DNA of 64,000 nucleotides from Pecten maximus (taxonomy: Eukaryota), in assembly GCF_902652985.1 (NCBI RefSeq), contig NC_047023.1, positions 8,866,001 through 8,930,000 on the forward strand, written 5' to 3'. Below are positions 1 through 12,349 of the stretch, piece by piece (the first letter of the stretch is position 1; every line of letters begins with the position of its first letter). The notes below the pieces were generated by a model that was given only the letters and a program-made list of their open reading frames with translations, ran no database searches and was not told the DNA's origin. A program made the position numbers and the translations under genes.

Positions 1-3000
1 ATCATCGTGTCACCATGTTATATCATTATGTCACCATGTTATATCATCGTGTCACCATGTTTTATCATCATGTCACCATGTTATATCATCATGTCACCGT
101 GTTATATCATGTCACCGTGTTATATCATCGTGTCACCATGTTATATCATTATGTCACCATGTTATATCATCATGTCACCATGTTATATCATCATGTCACC
201 ATGTTATATCATCATGTCACCATGTTATATCATCATGTCACCATGTTATATCATCGTGTCACCATGTTATATCATCATGTCACCATGTTATATCATCGTG
301 TCACCATGTTATATCATCATGTCACCATGTTATATCATTATGTCACCATGTTATATCACCTTGTCACCATGTTATATCATCATGTCGCCATGTTATATCA
401 TCATGTCACCATGTTATACCATCATGTCACCATGTTATATCATCATGTCACCATGTTATATAATCATGTCACTCACCGTGTAATATCATCATGTCACCAT
501 GTTATATCATCATGTCACCGTGTTATATCATCATGTCACCGTGTTATATCATCATGTCACCACGTTATATCATCATGTCACCGTGTTATATCATCATGTC
601 ACCATGTTATATCATCATGTCACCATGTTATATCATCATGTCGCCATGTTATATCATCATGTCACCATGTTATATCATCATGTCACCATGTTATATCATC
701 ATGTCACCATGTTATATCATCATGTCACCATGTTATATCATCATGTCACTATATTATATCATCATGTCACCATGTTATATCAGCATGTCACCATGTTATA
801 TCATCATGTCACCGTGTTATATCATCATGTCACCATGTTATACCATCATGTCACTATGTTATATCATCATGTCACCGTGTTATACCATCATGTCACCATG
901 TTATACCATCATGTCACCGTGTTATATCATCATGTCACCATGTTATATCATCATGTCACCATGTTATATCATGTCACTATGTTATATCATCATGTTGCCA
1001 TGTTATACCATCATGTCACCATGTTATACCATCATGTCACCATGTTATATCATCATGTCACCATGTTATATCATGTCACCGTGTTATATCATCATGCACC
1101 ATGTTATAGCAGCGTGTCGCCATGTTATATCATCATGTCACTATGTTATATCATCATGTCACTTTGTTATATCATCCTGTCACCATGTTATATCATCATG
1201 TCACCGTGTTATATCATCCTGTCACCATGTTATATCATCATGTCACCATGTTATATCATCATGTCACCGTGTTATATCATCATGTCACCAGGTAATATCA
1301 TCATGTCACTATGTTATAGCATCATGTCACCGTGTTATATATTTATGTCACCATGTTATATCATCATGTCACCGTGTTATATCATCATGTCACCATGTAT
1401 ATCATCACGTCACCATATTGTATCATCATGTCACCGTGTTATATCATCATGTCACCATGTTATATCATCATGTCACCACGTTATATCATCATGTCACCAT
1501 GTTAAATCATGTCACCATGTTATATCATCATGTCACCGTGTTATATCATCATGTCACCATGTTATACCATCATGTCACTATGTTATATCATCATGTCACC
1601 GTGTTATACCATCATGTCACCATGTTATACCATCATGTCACCGTGTTATATCATCATGTCACCATGTTATATCATCATGTCACCATGTTATATCATGTCA
1701 CTATGTTATATCATCATGTTGCCATGTTATACCATCATGTCACCATGTTATACCATCATGTCACCATGTTATATCATCATGTCACCATGTTATATCATGT
1801 CACTATGTTATATCATCATGTTGCCATGTTATACCATCATGTCACCATGTTATACCATCATGTCACCATGTTATATCATCATGTCACCATGTTATAGCAG
1901 CGTGTCGCCATGTTATATCATCATGCACCATGTTATATCATCATGTCACTTTGTTATATCATCCTGTCACCATGTTATATCATCATGTCACCGTGTTATA
2001 TCATCCTGTCACCATGTTATATCATCATGTCACCATGTTATATCATCATGTCACCGTGTTATATCATCATGTCACCAGGTAATATCATCATGTCACTATG
2101 TTATAGCATCATGTCACCGTGTTATATATTTATGTCACCATGTTATATCATCATGTCACCGTGTTATATCATCATGTCACCATGTATATCATCACGTCAC
2201 CATATTGTATCATCATGTCACCGTGTTATATCATCATGTCACCATGTTATATCATCATGTCACCACGTTATATCATCATGTCACCATGTTAAATCATGTC
2301 ACCACGTTATATCATCATGCCACTATGTTATATCATCATGTCACCGTGTTATATCATCATGTCACCATGTTATATCATCATGTCACCATGTTATATCATC
2401 ATGTCACTATGTTATATCATCATGTCACCATGTTAAATCATGTCACCACGTTATATCATCATGTCACTATGTTATATCATCATGTCACCGTGTTATATCA
2501 TCATGTCACCATGTTATATCATCATGTCACCATGTTATATCATCATGTCACCATGTTATATCATCATGTCACCGTGTTATATCATCAGTTACCATATTAT
2601 ATCATCATGTCACCATGTTATATCATCATGTCACCATGTTAAATCATGTCACCACGTTATATCATCATGTCACTATGTTATATCATCATGTGACCATGTT
2701 ATATCATCATGTCACCATGTTATATCATCATGTCACCATGTTATATCATCATGTCACCACGTTATATCATCATGTCACTATGTTATACCATCATGTCACC
2801 ATGTTATATCATCATGTCACTATGTTATATCATCATGTCACCATGTTATATCATCATGTCACCATGTTATATCATCATGTCGCCGTGTTATATCATCATG
2901 TCATCATGTTATATCATGTCACCATGTTATACCATCATGTCGCCACGTTATATCATCATGTCACCATATTATATCATCATGTCACCGTGTTATATCATCA

Positions 3001-3441
3001 TGTCGCCATGTTATATCATGTCACCATGTTATACCATCATGTCGCCATGTTATATCATCATGTCGCCATGTTATATCATGTCACCATGTTATACCATCAT
3101 GTCACCATGTTATATCATCATGTCGCCATGTTATATCATCATGTCACCATGTTATATCATCATGTCGCTATGTTATATCATCATGTCGCCATGTTATATC
3201 ATGTCACCATGTTATACCATCATGTCGCCATGTTATATCATCATGTCACCATGTTATATCATCATGTCGCCATGTAATATCATCATGTCACCATGTTATA
3301 TCATCATGTCACCACGTTATATCATCATGTCACCATGTTATATCATCATGTCACCATGTTATACCATCATGTCACCGTGTTATATCATCATGTCACCATG
3401 TTATATCATCATGTCACCATGTTATATCATCATGTCACCAT
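1..3441. repeat. 21-bp tandem satellite/minisatellite (consensus CATCATGTCACCATGTTATAT), runs off the left edge
   Basis: About 160 directly visible tandem copies, with frequent 18-bp (-CAT) variants; explains all ORFs from 7 to 3613. Confidence 0.98.
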
Positions 3442-3574
3442 AACAAAGTTAATGGTCAATTTGTCTAGTGAAATCACTTACATGAACAAGACCATACAAT
3501 TCGACCCCTTGTTGCGAATGGCCAAGTTAAGGGTCCCTTGTTTAATTCGTTCAGTTTTGAGCCTGAATAAGTGG

Positions 3575-3690
3575 AAAACAAAATGGCCACCAGGAGGTCA
3601 TCTTGGATTTTGACAGCTGAAATTGTTATCAAGATTTCTTAGAAAAGATCATCTAAATTGTGGACGCCAAAATCCCTCCGTGATCTCTTG
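3575..3690 (+). mobile_element. Degenerate 3' remnant of a HINE/Helentron-type non-autonomous element
   Basis: aaatggccaccaggaggtcatcttggattttgacag resembles the unit at ~38196-38230; ends in ggacgccaaaatccctccgtgatctcttgt, like the hairpin+CTTGTT ends of other HINEs in the window. Confidence 0.35.
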
Positions 3691-4630
3691 TCTTGATCAA
3701 TCAGTCTATTGGATATTGGTTTATCTTCAAAATAGAGCAAAATATTTTCTCTCTCCTAATTTTTTTTCTGTTTATCTCTTGTACTGTTCCCTTTTACAAT
3801 ACAGATTGGTTTATACATTACATAATTTTATTTTATAAAATAGAGATTATTTTTATGTAGATATGTCTCAAGTACACGTTTTTGCTTTGTTTCAGTTAGA
3901 CGTACATCTCTGGTAAAAGTAGATTTCAATTAAGTGATATCAGAAAGCTCTTTACACATGTCAGACAATCTTTACTTTAATCAGATCCGTGCTGAATTTT
4001 AACTATATAACATTATTAGACCTGCTGTCCCTTAAAAATGTATTATCTTATATCAGATATGTGATCATGATAATATGCAGAAACACAATACAACATAAAT
4101 TATATATTGACTCAACGAAAACATTTTTTTCAAATATGTATGTGCGTTTTTTACGAGACACAAATTGCATGAAACTTGCAGAAAAAAATAATCTGATACT
4201 TTCGCAATTGAAATAAGCGCCTTTATCATCTACTGATAAACGTACATGTAGTGAATGAACAAATCATGAAAATTGGAGATAATATCTCATTTACATATTA
4301 AAATCAATAGATTTACATCACCACCGCTGTCACGAAACCTTTGCCTTATATATCAAGGCCGCCAAACAGTGGTCAAATCAGCGTCTCCAAACGAGACCAA
4401 GTGTGATTTTTTCTGGCTTGCCTGGGTTGTCACATGAAGTATTTAAGAATTTGAACTCTGAACTCTGACCCCTATCTGAGTATAATGATAAATGTTATTA
4501 TTCCAACTTAGAACACATGTCGTGCTTTATTATGACCACCGGTATGAAAACATCATTTATATATTAAATCAAATTCAACTTTACAAGAACTTTTATAACC
4601 ACAATTGTACTTATAAACAAATTACCTACA

Positions 4631-4642
4631 CATGACGTCATG
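4631..4642. promoter_or_regulatory. 12-bp palindrome CATGACGTCATG containing a full CRE (TGACGTCA)
   Basis: Motif match only; lies in the CpG-retaining zone about 1.7 kb upstream of the putative promoter. Confidence 0.2.
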
Positions 4643-5280
4643 AAAACATCGCAAAGATCATCATCCCAAAACGTCGTGTTACGGTAACGCGACTTAAATA
4701 CAAGGTAGATCTCAGGTTTAATTTCTTTAACAGACCTTCCCACAAGAAAGGTATTGCTTTGTCCAATGGACCATGGTAATGTCTGCAAAATAAGGTAAAG
4801 TCAACACAAATTATCATTCTAAATGCTGTACAAGTCTCGTCGTTTAAATCAGGACAAATTAACTACCCGGACATCGATAAATGACGGACTTAAATTGTCC
4901 ACACACTTAACTGTATATCTTAATACATTGTACGATACTCATCCACCCATCATTTCATTTTTCTGTATACACATACAAAATAACCTGGCCACGCGCATAT
5001 ACAAGTGAAACTAATAGATTTGTCATATAACGATTCCAAAGTTCTCTCTGAGAAATACTGAAGTTTCGACAAATTTGACCTTCAATATCTCATGCTACAA
5101 ATTGCATTTTTAAACTTAGAAATATTATTTCCACAAACTTTGTCAGGCTTCATCACAAGAAATTACAACTCAGATATGATTATAGACTTTTCTGTTGATC
5201 CAAGAAGTCATCTGAGAATTTTGACAAATGTTATTGTAAACTTTATTTATTTTACAACAATTGCGAAACAAGTAATATGA

Positions 5281-5468
5281 ACTTATATTAATCACGCATG
5301 TTGGCCCGAATGAAAGCGCGCAAATGGTCTTACTGTGGGAAGAAACAAGAGTACCCGGGGAAAACCCACGTGGTCAGGCAGGTGACCCCATACCTTTTCG
5401 TGTCCCATCGGAGAATCGAACCCCGGCCGCCTAGGTGAAAGGCAAGTGTGTTACTACTGTGCCACCCG
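5281..5468 (-). mobile_element. tRNA-derived SINE with V-domain core (V-SINE type)
   Basis: Minus strand: A box GGTGGCACAGTAGTAA, B box GGTTCGATTC, then GTGGGTTTTCCCCGGGTACTCTTGTTTCTTCCCACAG matching the V-SINE conserved core. Confidence 0.85.
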
Positions 5469-5608
5469 AACAAATTTTATTCCCTTGACCTGGACTATGA
5501 ATCAAAGTAACTTCTTTTCCAAAACTTTTTCATGACTTATCCAGGAAAGTATTTCTATAAATATCCTGATCTAATGTGTTTTGGTTAATAAGACAATCTA
5601 ATTAAAAT

Positions 5609-5706
5609 AGAATTGTAATTTCCGCTCTTTACGATACAAAGCAATATACCATTACTGCTCATCTACGATATCGTAGAGAATAGTAGAGGAGCGAAATTAC
5701 AAGTCT
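5609..5706. mobile_element. ~100-bp MITE-like element with imperfect terminal inverted repeats and a central palindrome
   Basis: agaattgtaatttccgctc ... gagcgaaattacaagtct are inverted; internal perfect 16-bp palindrome tctacgatatcgtaga at 5662-5677. Confidence 0.5.
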
Positions 5707-5849
5707 GAGTTTAAAATAATGAGATTGGTTGTGGTTGATATGAAGTCGTTTGAGTGTTTCAACAAATTTGACCTCTGTCACATTTAATATAGGTCAAAAT
5801 AATTTGCTTTCAAAATCTTTGTCGGGCATTATTCAAGGAATCTGGGAGG

Positions 5850-6080
5850 GAAATACATAAATTTATGTATTTAGGTCTTTTGGTGAATTGTTTTAACAGA
5901 ACTGACTCCTGTGACCTTGAATATGAGTCAAGGTCATTTTTTGCAAAGTTTTTTTTGACACATCTTATGAAGCTACCATCATAAATGTGATGGTTCTTGT
6001 CCTCATGGCTATAGGGAAAGTTGTTTAAAAGCAAATGTTAGCTCCGGATGGGCGACGAATGCCGGACTATGGCATAAGGA
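5850..6080 (-). mobile_element. Degenerate HINE remnant (5' portion)
   Basis: Reverse complement begins cttatgccatagtccggcattcgtcgcccatcc, like the HINE 5' end at 49472-49500; the body matches 59400-59470 (aaatgaccttgactcata-tcaaggt-aca-gagtca). Confidence 0.55.
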
Positions 6081-6339
6081 GGGATTGTATTCTGACCATA
6101 TTGAAATAAAAATGAGGAAGAAAAAAAAACAAAAACTTTAAAGGTGGAATTTTGAAAGATTAGCATCCCTATTCTCCGATTCTTAATCTTTTAAACCAAT
6201 AATCCAAGTACTGCATGTACCCAAAACATGCATGGAATGTCTGAAAGAAAGCTCGTGTATATCGCCGACCTTTCTTACATTCAACAATAATAGCGATACA
6301 TTCTAATGAAAAAATATATCTCAGATTGTATATTTGAGT

Positions 6340-6532
6340 TCTTCCTTTTTCGCGCCAATAACTTTCCCGCCTTTGGATTCATGCACCAGAGCGGATGTGC
6401 ACGTGTGCTGCTGAGGGGTAAGCTCACTTCTGCACCTGAGAAGGCCTGAGATCGTTTGATGGCACCGAAACACGAAAGCAGTCGACTGTCGACATGAGAG
6501 AAAGAAAAGAAACATTTCGGACCTGACTACCG
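6340..6532 (+). promoter_or_regulatory. Putative Pol II promoter and non-coding first exon of a + strand gene
   Basis: E2F motifs TTTCGCGC (6348-6355) and TTTCCCGC (6363-6370), E-box CACGTG (6400-6405), locally CpG-rich, ends in consensus donor CCG|GTAAGT (6532/6533); downstream DNA looks CpG-depleted by eye. Confidence 0.5.
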
Positions 6533-8224
6533 GTAAGTTGACACAAATCTATGTCTTTTTTTAAGTGTGATTCGGCGATTTTTATCTCGGATGGCGTGCT
6601 GACCCAAATTCACAGAATCTATCAGACATGAATTTGAGTTTGCAACTTTTGTCAATTATCATTTTATAGTGATTTTATTATAAAAAGCGCAGACGACTTT
6701 TTGTTTGTTTTTAATTTTACATGAATTCATACCAGTACAATATACGAGTTATTTCCCTTTGCCCAAGAATTTTCGATTTAGGTGTCGTACAAAATACCAA
6801 TCATTGAAAGTATCCGTTAATATTTTACAAGATACGTTGATGATATGACATGCCCTGTCTATGGACAATGGAACTGTCTGTAATACAATTACAAAATAAC
6901 CTTTCGTTACCTGGACCTCATAGAAAATTGATTAAACAGCAGGTTCAACTTCAGGTTATTTTGTCTAAGAAAGCATATTGTATTCATTACGATAAAGCTA
7001 TGAACTTTACCAATGCAGATCCTTACTGTCCAAAACTGATCATTACTTGACTGTTAAGGTAACCCGGGGTCAAATGTGACCCAGAGGTCAACATTTTTGT
7101 CTGCTCTGGGGCCTGTTGAAACTCCTTTACAGAGAATATTATTTCTGTCTCCAATTTCAAGGGCTGACAGTTTGGGCATGAAGATAATGGCCTGGTTCTC
7201 CGTGGTGTGAACGGTCACCTCCATCATTTCCAATACACTGACACTTGTCTGTTAAAAAGCAATTTTGGGGTTGACCGTTCATTTTCACTTGGCTGACCAA
7301 ATAAATCACAGCGACAGATTTCTACTGTGATGGAGAAATTCACCCAGTAAGTTTTATACAGCATCGGGTTTCTTTTGATTGTGTTGAAATTTTCTATTAT
7401 AATAATTTATCAGTTTACCACAGCGGGATATCTTCACCAGATATTATATATATTTTTGTTGCTATAAATATACACAAACAAACATGAGTGTTTTTTCAAA
7501 AGGGCACTGCATGCTTTTTTCCCCTGTTGCCTATTTGTGTTCAATAATGGGCCCCGTATGCATTCCAAAGTGAAATTATTTCATATCTCAACAAATTCCT
7601 AAAACTAGCAGCTTATTCGAGGACATATACCCTTCTCAATACACATATTTTCTTCCTAAAATTATGTAAAAAGCCCCTATCGGAAAACAAAGAAAAAAAT
7701 AAAACTACTGTCAAGAAAAAAATTGAAGAGAGAATTGAAGTGAAAAATATATTTTTTCATCATGAAAAAATATTTTCAACTTAATGACTTTTAAATTTTT
7801 CGAGAAATTGTAGGTGCTATATTTCAGAAATACCTCTGGCACATAATATGACATATCAAAAGCAAATGCCTGTCTTTTGATAACATCGAAAAACCCTTCA
7901 TCTTTTTGGAAAAACTACCAGGGTTATTGGTAAACTGGGGGGGATAGGAAAAAAAGATGGAGTCCTTAACAAAATTTTATATGAGGCAATCTGTAAGTTG
8001 ACTGGCAGATTTAGATGGAACTGTTGGCTACCAGCTCCCCAGTTTTGATTGATAAATGAGGTCAGTTGTAATCTATAATCAGACATACTAAGAAAACTCA
8101 AAAAGGCAGGAGAAATGATCAGAAAAGTCCTAATATAAAAATTTGAAATATGAAAAGTGTATTTGATAATAAAAATTTATGTTTTGTTATGTTTTTCCTG
8201 TCTGAGTTTTTTATAACTTTAGAG

Positions 8225-8505
8225 AAATTTAAAAATCCTAATTGTGTCCATAGATTCAAACTTCCGAAAAACACAGAAATGGCAAATATTACATAAAAAT
8301 GTTGTAAAAAGAACAGTGAGAGATGAGAATTTGTGTGTGTCTTCATTTAAAGCTAGAATTTACACTGAATTAGATAAAAAATAAAATAAAATGTAAGCAT
8401 GACACTTGTTAAACAATTATAAGCATGTAAATTTTGAACATAATTTGCATCAAAATTTTTTCAATTTGGTCAGTTGGATTTCACAAAATACCCAGGAAAA
8501 ACACT
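8225..8505 (+). repeat. Old dispersed repeat, copy 1 (inverted homolog at 47255-47520)
   Basis: Shares identical aaagctagaatttacactgaa plus collinear atggcaaatatta, aaacaattat-agcatgt and tcaatttggtca blocks with the reverse complement of 47255-47520. Confidence 0.75.
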
Positions 8506-9248
8506 TATGGATTATTGTTTGTATGATTTTCATCTACATCTTAATCATGGTATGGCTGTCCAATTGAGCTACAATGTATCTTTCTTGAAAACTTGTATCC
8601 ATCCCAAATACTTAAAACAATTATACTGACCCCAGTCAAGGTAACGCTGACTTCTGAGTTAAGTTATTGCAAGATAGATGTTGTTTAATGACCATGTGAC
8701 AAATAATGATTAAGACCAGAACTTAACAAGACCATTATATTTTATTCTGTTAACATCAGCTTGTGAGCTAATCAATTGAAAAAAAAGTTGTTTTCTTTAA
8801 AATTTGGAAAATATTCAGTTTTTTCTTCAAGGAAATATCACAATTTTTGCAGGGGGAAACAGGCTGTTTCTATTACAAAACAGTCGGCAAAAATATCACT
8901 GCAACTTTGTGATTGAGACCCAAGGTTTGTAATTGCCAACAGTAATTGTTTCTGAAGCCTTGCTAAGCAAGATGTGTGATCCCAATTACTATAATGATGA
9001 AAATATAGATCCGTAATTTCCTGATTCAAATGTGTTTCTCTCTCGTAAATTTCCCACTAACAGCTGAAGATGTTTAAGGAGTCTTTCTTTTTTACATAAC
9101 TGTTCCAAATAATTAGTATTGATTAATTTATAAAGTAGAAAATCATGATGCTGTAAAGTCTATTCTGAGGTTGTTTCTGAAAGCAGTTTCTCCTTGAACT
9201 ATACAAAGGCATGCAGTTTATAGTAAAGATAATCTGACACTGCATTTT

Positions 9249-9840
9249 AAGCTCACATGCCATGCTGGCAAGCCAGTGACAACTTCTGCTTTAAACAGGT
9301 GTTTCTCAATAATCAAGAGGCCCAGAGACCTGAAGTTTTTTCAAATGAATGACGTTCACTTACATTCAAGGTCACAAGTCAAATTAGTTTAATCTTTTTA
9401 AACAACTTTTGGTAAATAACCAAGAGGCCCAGAGACCTGATATTGGGCCTATCATCATGCTGGAGTGAATGGATAATAAGTTTGTTCAAATGATGACCTT
9501 GACCTACATTCAAGGTCACAGGTGTCAAATACTCTAAAAACTTTTATACAACTTTGTTTAAAATATTACCTGTAACATGCTGGTTGGGAGTTTGTTCAAA
9601 TGAATGACCATTCAAGGTCACAGGAGTTAAATGTATGAAAACCTTTAAACAACAATTTCTCGATGATCAAGAGACACAGAGGCATGTTATTGGGCAAGTA
9701 GTATGCTGGAATGAATTAAGGGCTACACATTTTTTTTTAAATCCGAATAAAGTGGTTATTAGCTTAGTTTCTACATGAATTAATGACCTAGATCAACTTC
9801 ATAGTTGCATTAGTGATACAGGCCCATTGGACCTCTTGTT
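9249..9840 (+). mobile_element. HINE/Helentron-type non-autonomous element with degenerate internal tandem repeats
   Basis: Starts tttt-aagctcac; repeated caagaggcccagagacctga and cattcaaggtcacag units; ends gtgatacaggcccattggacctcttgtt (3' hairpin + CTTGTT). Confidence 0.7.
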
Positions 9841-10237
9841 GCATTACATAAAGATATATTAGTGATCTTGTACAATGGAGAGAATCAATTTTTTATGTTT
9901 TGGACACTGATCATAAACCCGATCTCCCATGGGCCAGAAGAAATGGTCAAACTGGCTAGCCACTGTACATGTGGGAGAGGTTCGAACTGCAGAATGATAT
10001 TTTCGTTAAATGCTATTTATTAGATTTAGGTGTGTAAGTAGCTGTGTGTTCTTTGAGAATCTAGTTGTCCATTTATGGAAATTTGAACTCTGAATTTGTT
10101 GTGCATGGGATCTTTAAGGATTTATATTCTTGTTACTTGGAAAAACTTTAATAGAACTTGAATATTAAAAGAATAATCATTTTGTCAGTATGGCGAGGGA
10201 ACAAACCAGACATTCTGATTTGTGCCAGTTTGACTTA

Positions 10238-10327
10238 CACTGATCTAGGTCAATTAAGATATTGGAATTATTCTCACTGAACTAGATCAATTAAGATATT
10301 GGAATTATTTTCGCTGATCTAGGTCAA
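10238..10327. repeat. 37-bp tandem repeat, about 2.4 copies
   Basis: cactgatctaggtcaattaagatattggaattattct repeated. Confidence 0.85.
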
Positions 10328-10519
10328 GGACGTTTTACCAGAGGTGTATAGCCTTTCCATTATGGAATCTTTTAATAAATCAAAATTGTTGTATGCCCTC
10401 AAAGGTTCCTTTCAAATGATAAATCGTTGGTGATCATTTAAAAGTTGATTAGATTTGATAGAAACTTCTTTTTTTCAGGCATAAGTTTGTTAAATTTTAA
10501 TAGGAATTTCTGTTTCCAG

Positions 10520-10562
10520 CGCATAAACTCATTTCCAAGCGCTTTAAGCACACTTAGAAGAG
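10520..10562 (+). other. Candidate 43-nt internal micro-exon
   Basis: tttctgtttccAG acceptor and AG|GTGAGA donor; one open frame (RINSFPSALSTLRR) with no recognisable homology. Confidence 0.15.
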
Positions 10563-11833
10563 GTGAGATTCTGCGTTTGGTGATTTGCTATGTAATAGCA
10601 TTATAGATGATCTGCATGTCCGTTGTGATTTTCTGTCCATCAATCATTTAAATTCTATTAGCCATTCCAATGCCGACTCGTAGACACAAAATCCTGGCCT
10701 ACCACTCGTCCATAAAATGACTTCGTGTTACGACTGAGGAAGAACGAAGACGTGATTATGAGTGTCACAGGCACTCTTGTATAGCAGGCCGTGGAGATCG
10801 AGCTTGCCAAGGGTGAGATTTAAAATCACTTAATTACTGTATCAGTTTTAGTAGGATCTAATGTATTAATTGTGGAGCAAGGAAAGAGAAATGGAACTTA
10901 ACCTCTCTCTGAAGTGAGATTAAACTTTTGTCGAGAAGCCAGACTGATGAGTTGGTATGAAGACTTCGTTTGATTGCGTATGAAAAATGTCAGGGGTTCA
11001 AAATATGGAGGAAATCGGAATCTGGTTACAATTTTTTTTATGTCTGTGTGCTTTTGTTTCCTAGACATTTTTATTGATGTACGTCACATGACCAATGATT
11101 GACATGAGACTTATTAAAAGATACTTATTACCGAATTTTATTGGTGGTATTGACCGATTGTATAGAGGCTGGTGACAGCATTGTCGAGTCTTGTCAAGTC
11201 TGACACCTTACCCGGCAATTATACATTGGTGTATCGTTACTATTAACAAAAAAACTTATCAGCAGCCGTCGAGTCCAGAAATGTAAAATACGAATGTATG
11301 TGTTTAGTATAAGGAGATCTATATAATGGTGTGTGCCTTCAACAGCTGATGACGTAGCCAGGGTCCAAGTTCACTAAATGCATGAAAAAAAAAAACTGAT
11401 TTTAAAAGATTAAGAGCAATATATATACACATACTTTGACAATAATAAAATTCTCTGTGTAGTAAGGGAAAAGTTGGATTCTTAAGTTTTTCTTTTAGTT
11501 TTTTTTATGAATGTAATTCAATGTGATTCATAAAATTTAGAAAAAAAATTGATATTCGGCATATTAGTTAAAGTCTATTCTGACATAATATTTCATTTAA
11601 AGACTACAAAAAAGAAAAGAAAAAAACAGAATTTATTAATTTTAGTGGTCAGGAAGCCATATAATATATACTGTCTATTCGGGATTGATCAGAAATTTCA
11701 TGTACGGATTAGGAACCTTTTATTGGGGATTGATAAAGAAATTCATGGAATTTATGATTCAAGGAACTATCATTGAATATTTAAGTTCTACTTATCAGAA
11801 TGCCAATCATATTGGGAATTTTTAAAGTTAACT

Positions 11834-12349
11834 TGTGGGAGCCAATTCTCAGGGATGTGTGAGCCAATTCTCAGGTCCCTGTGAGAGCCTATTCTCAGGT
11901 CCCTGTGGGAGACAGTTCTAAGGTCCCTGTGGGAGCCAATTATCAGATCCCTGTGGGAGCCAATTCTCAGGTCCCTGTGGGAGCCAATTCTCAGGTCCCT
12001 GTGGTAGCCAATTCTCAGATCCCTGTGGTAGCCAATTCTCAGATCCCTGTGGGAGCCAATTCTCTTGTCCCTGTGGCAGCCAATTCTCAGATCCCTGTGG
12101 TAGCCAATTCTCAGATCCCTGTGGTAGCCAATTCTCAGGTCCCTGTGGGAGCCAATTCTCAGATCCCTGTGGCAGCCAATTCTCAGATCCCTGTGGGAGC
12201 CAATTCTCAGGTCCCTGTGGTAGCCAATTCTCAGATCCCTGTGGTAGCCAACTCTCAGATCCCTGTGGCAGCCAATTCTCAGATCCCTGTGGTAGCCTGT
12301 TCCCAGGTCCCTGTGGGAGTCAATTCTCAGATCCCTGTGGTAGCCAATT
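11834..12349. repeat. 24-bp minisatellite (GCCAATTCTCAG(G/A)TCCCTGTGG(G/T/C)A), about 21 copies
   Basis: Direct tandem periodicity; produces the ANSQ(I/V)PV(G/V/A) ORF 11881-12384. Confidence 0.97.

Noticed and set aside
7-3613. Nine long ORFs (up to 527 aa) of MSPCYII/HHVTMLY/SSCHHVI repeats
   Set aside because: All three frames are open only because the 21-bp monomer lacks stops; frames switch at indels, and there is no unique domain or splice context
10716-10815. GC-richer patch reading LRVTTEEERRRDYECHRHSCIAGRGDRACQG before GG|GTGAGA
   Set aside because: Bounded by an in-frame stop upstream with no good acceptor; no homology recognised, so it cannot be supported as an exon
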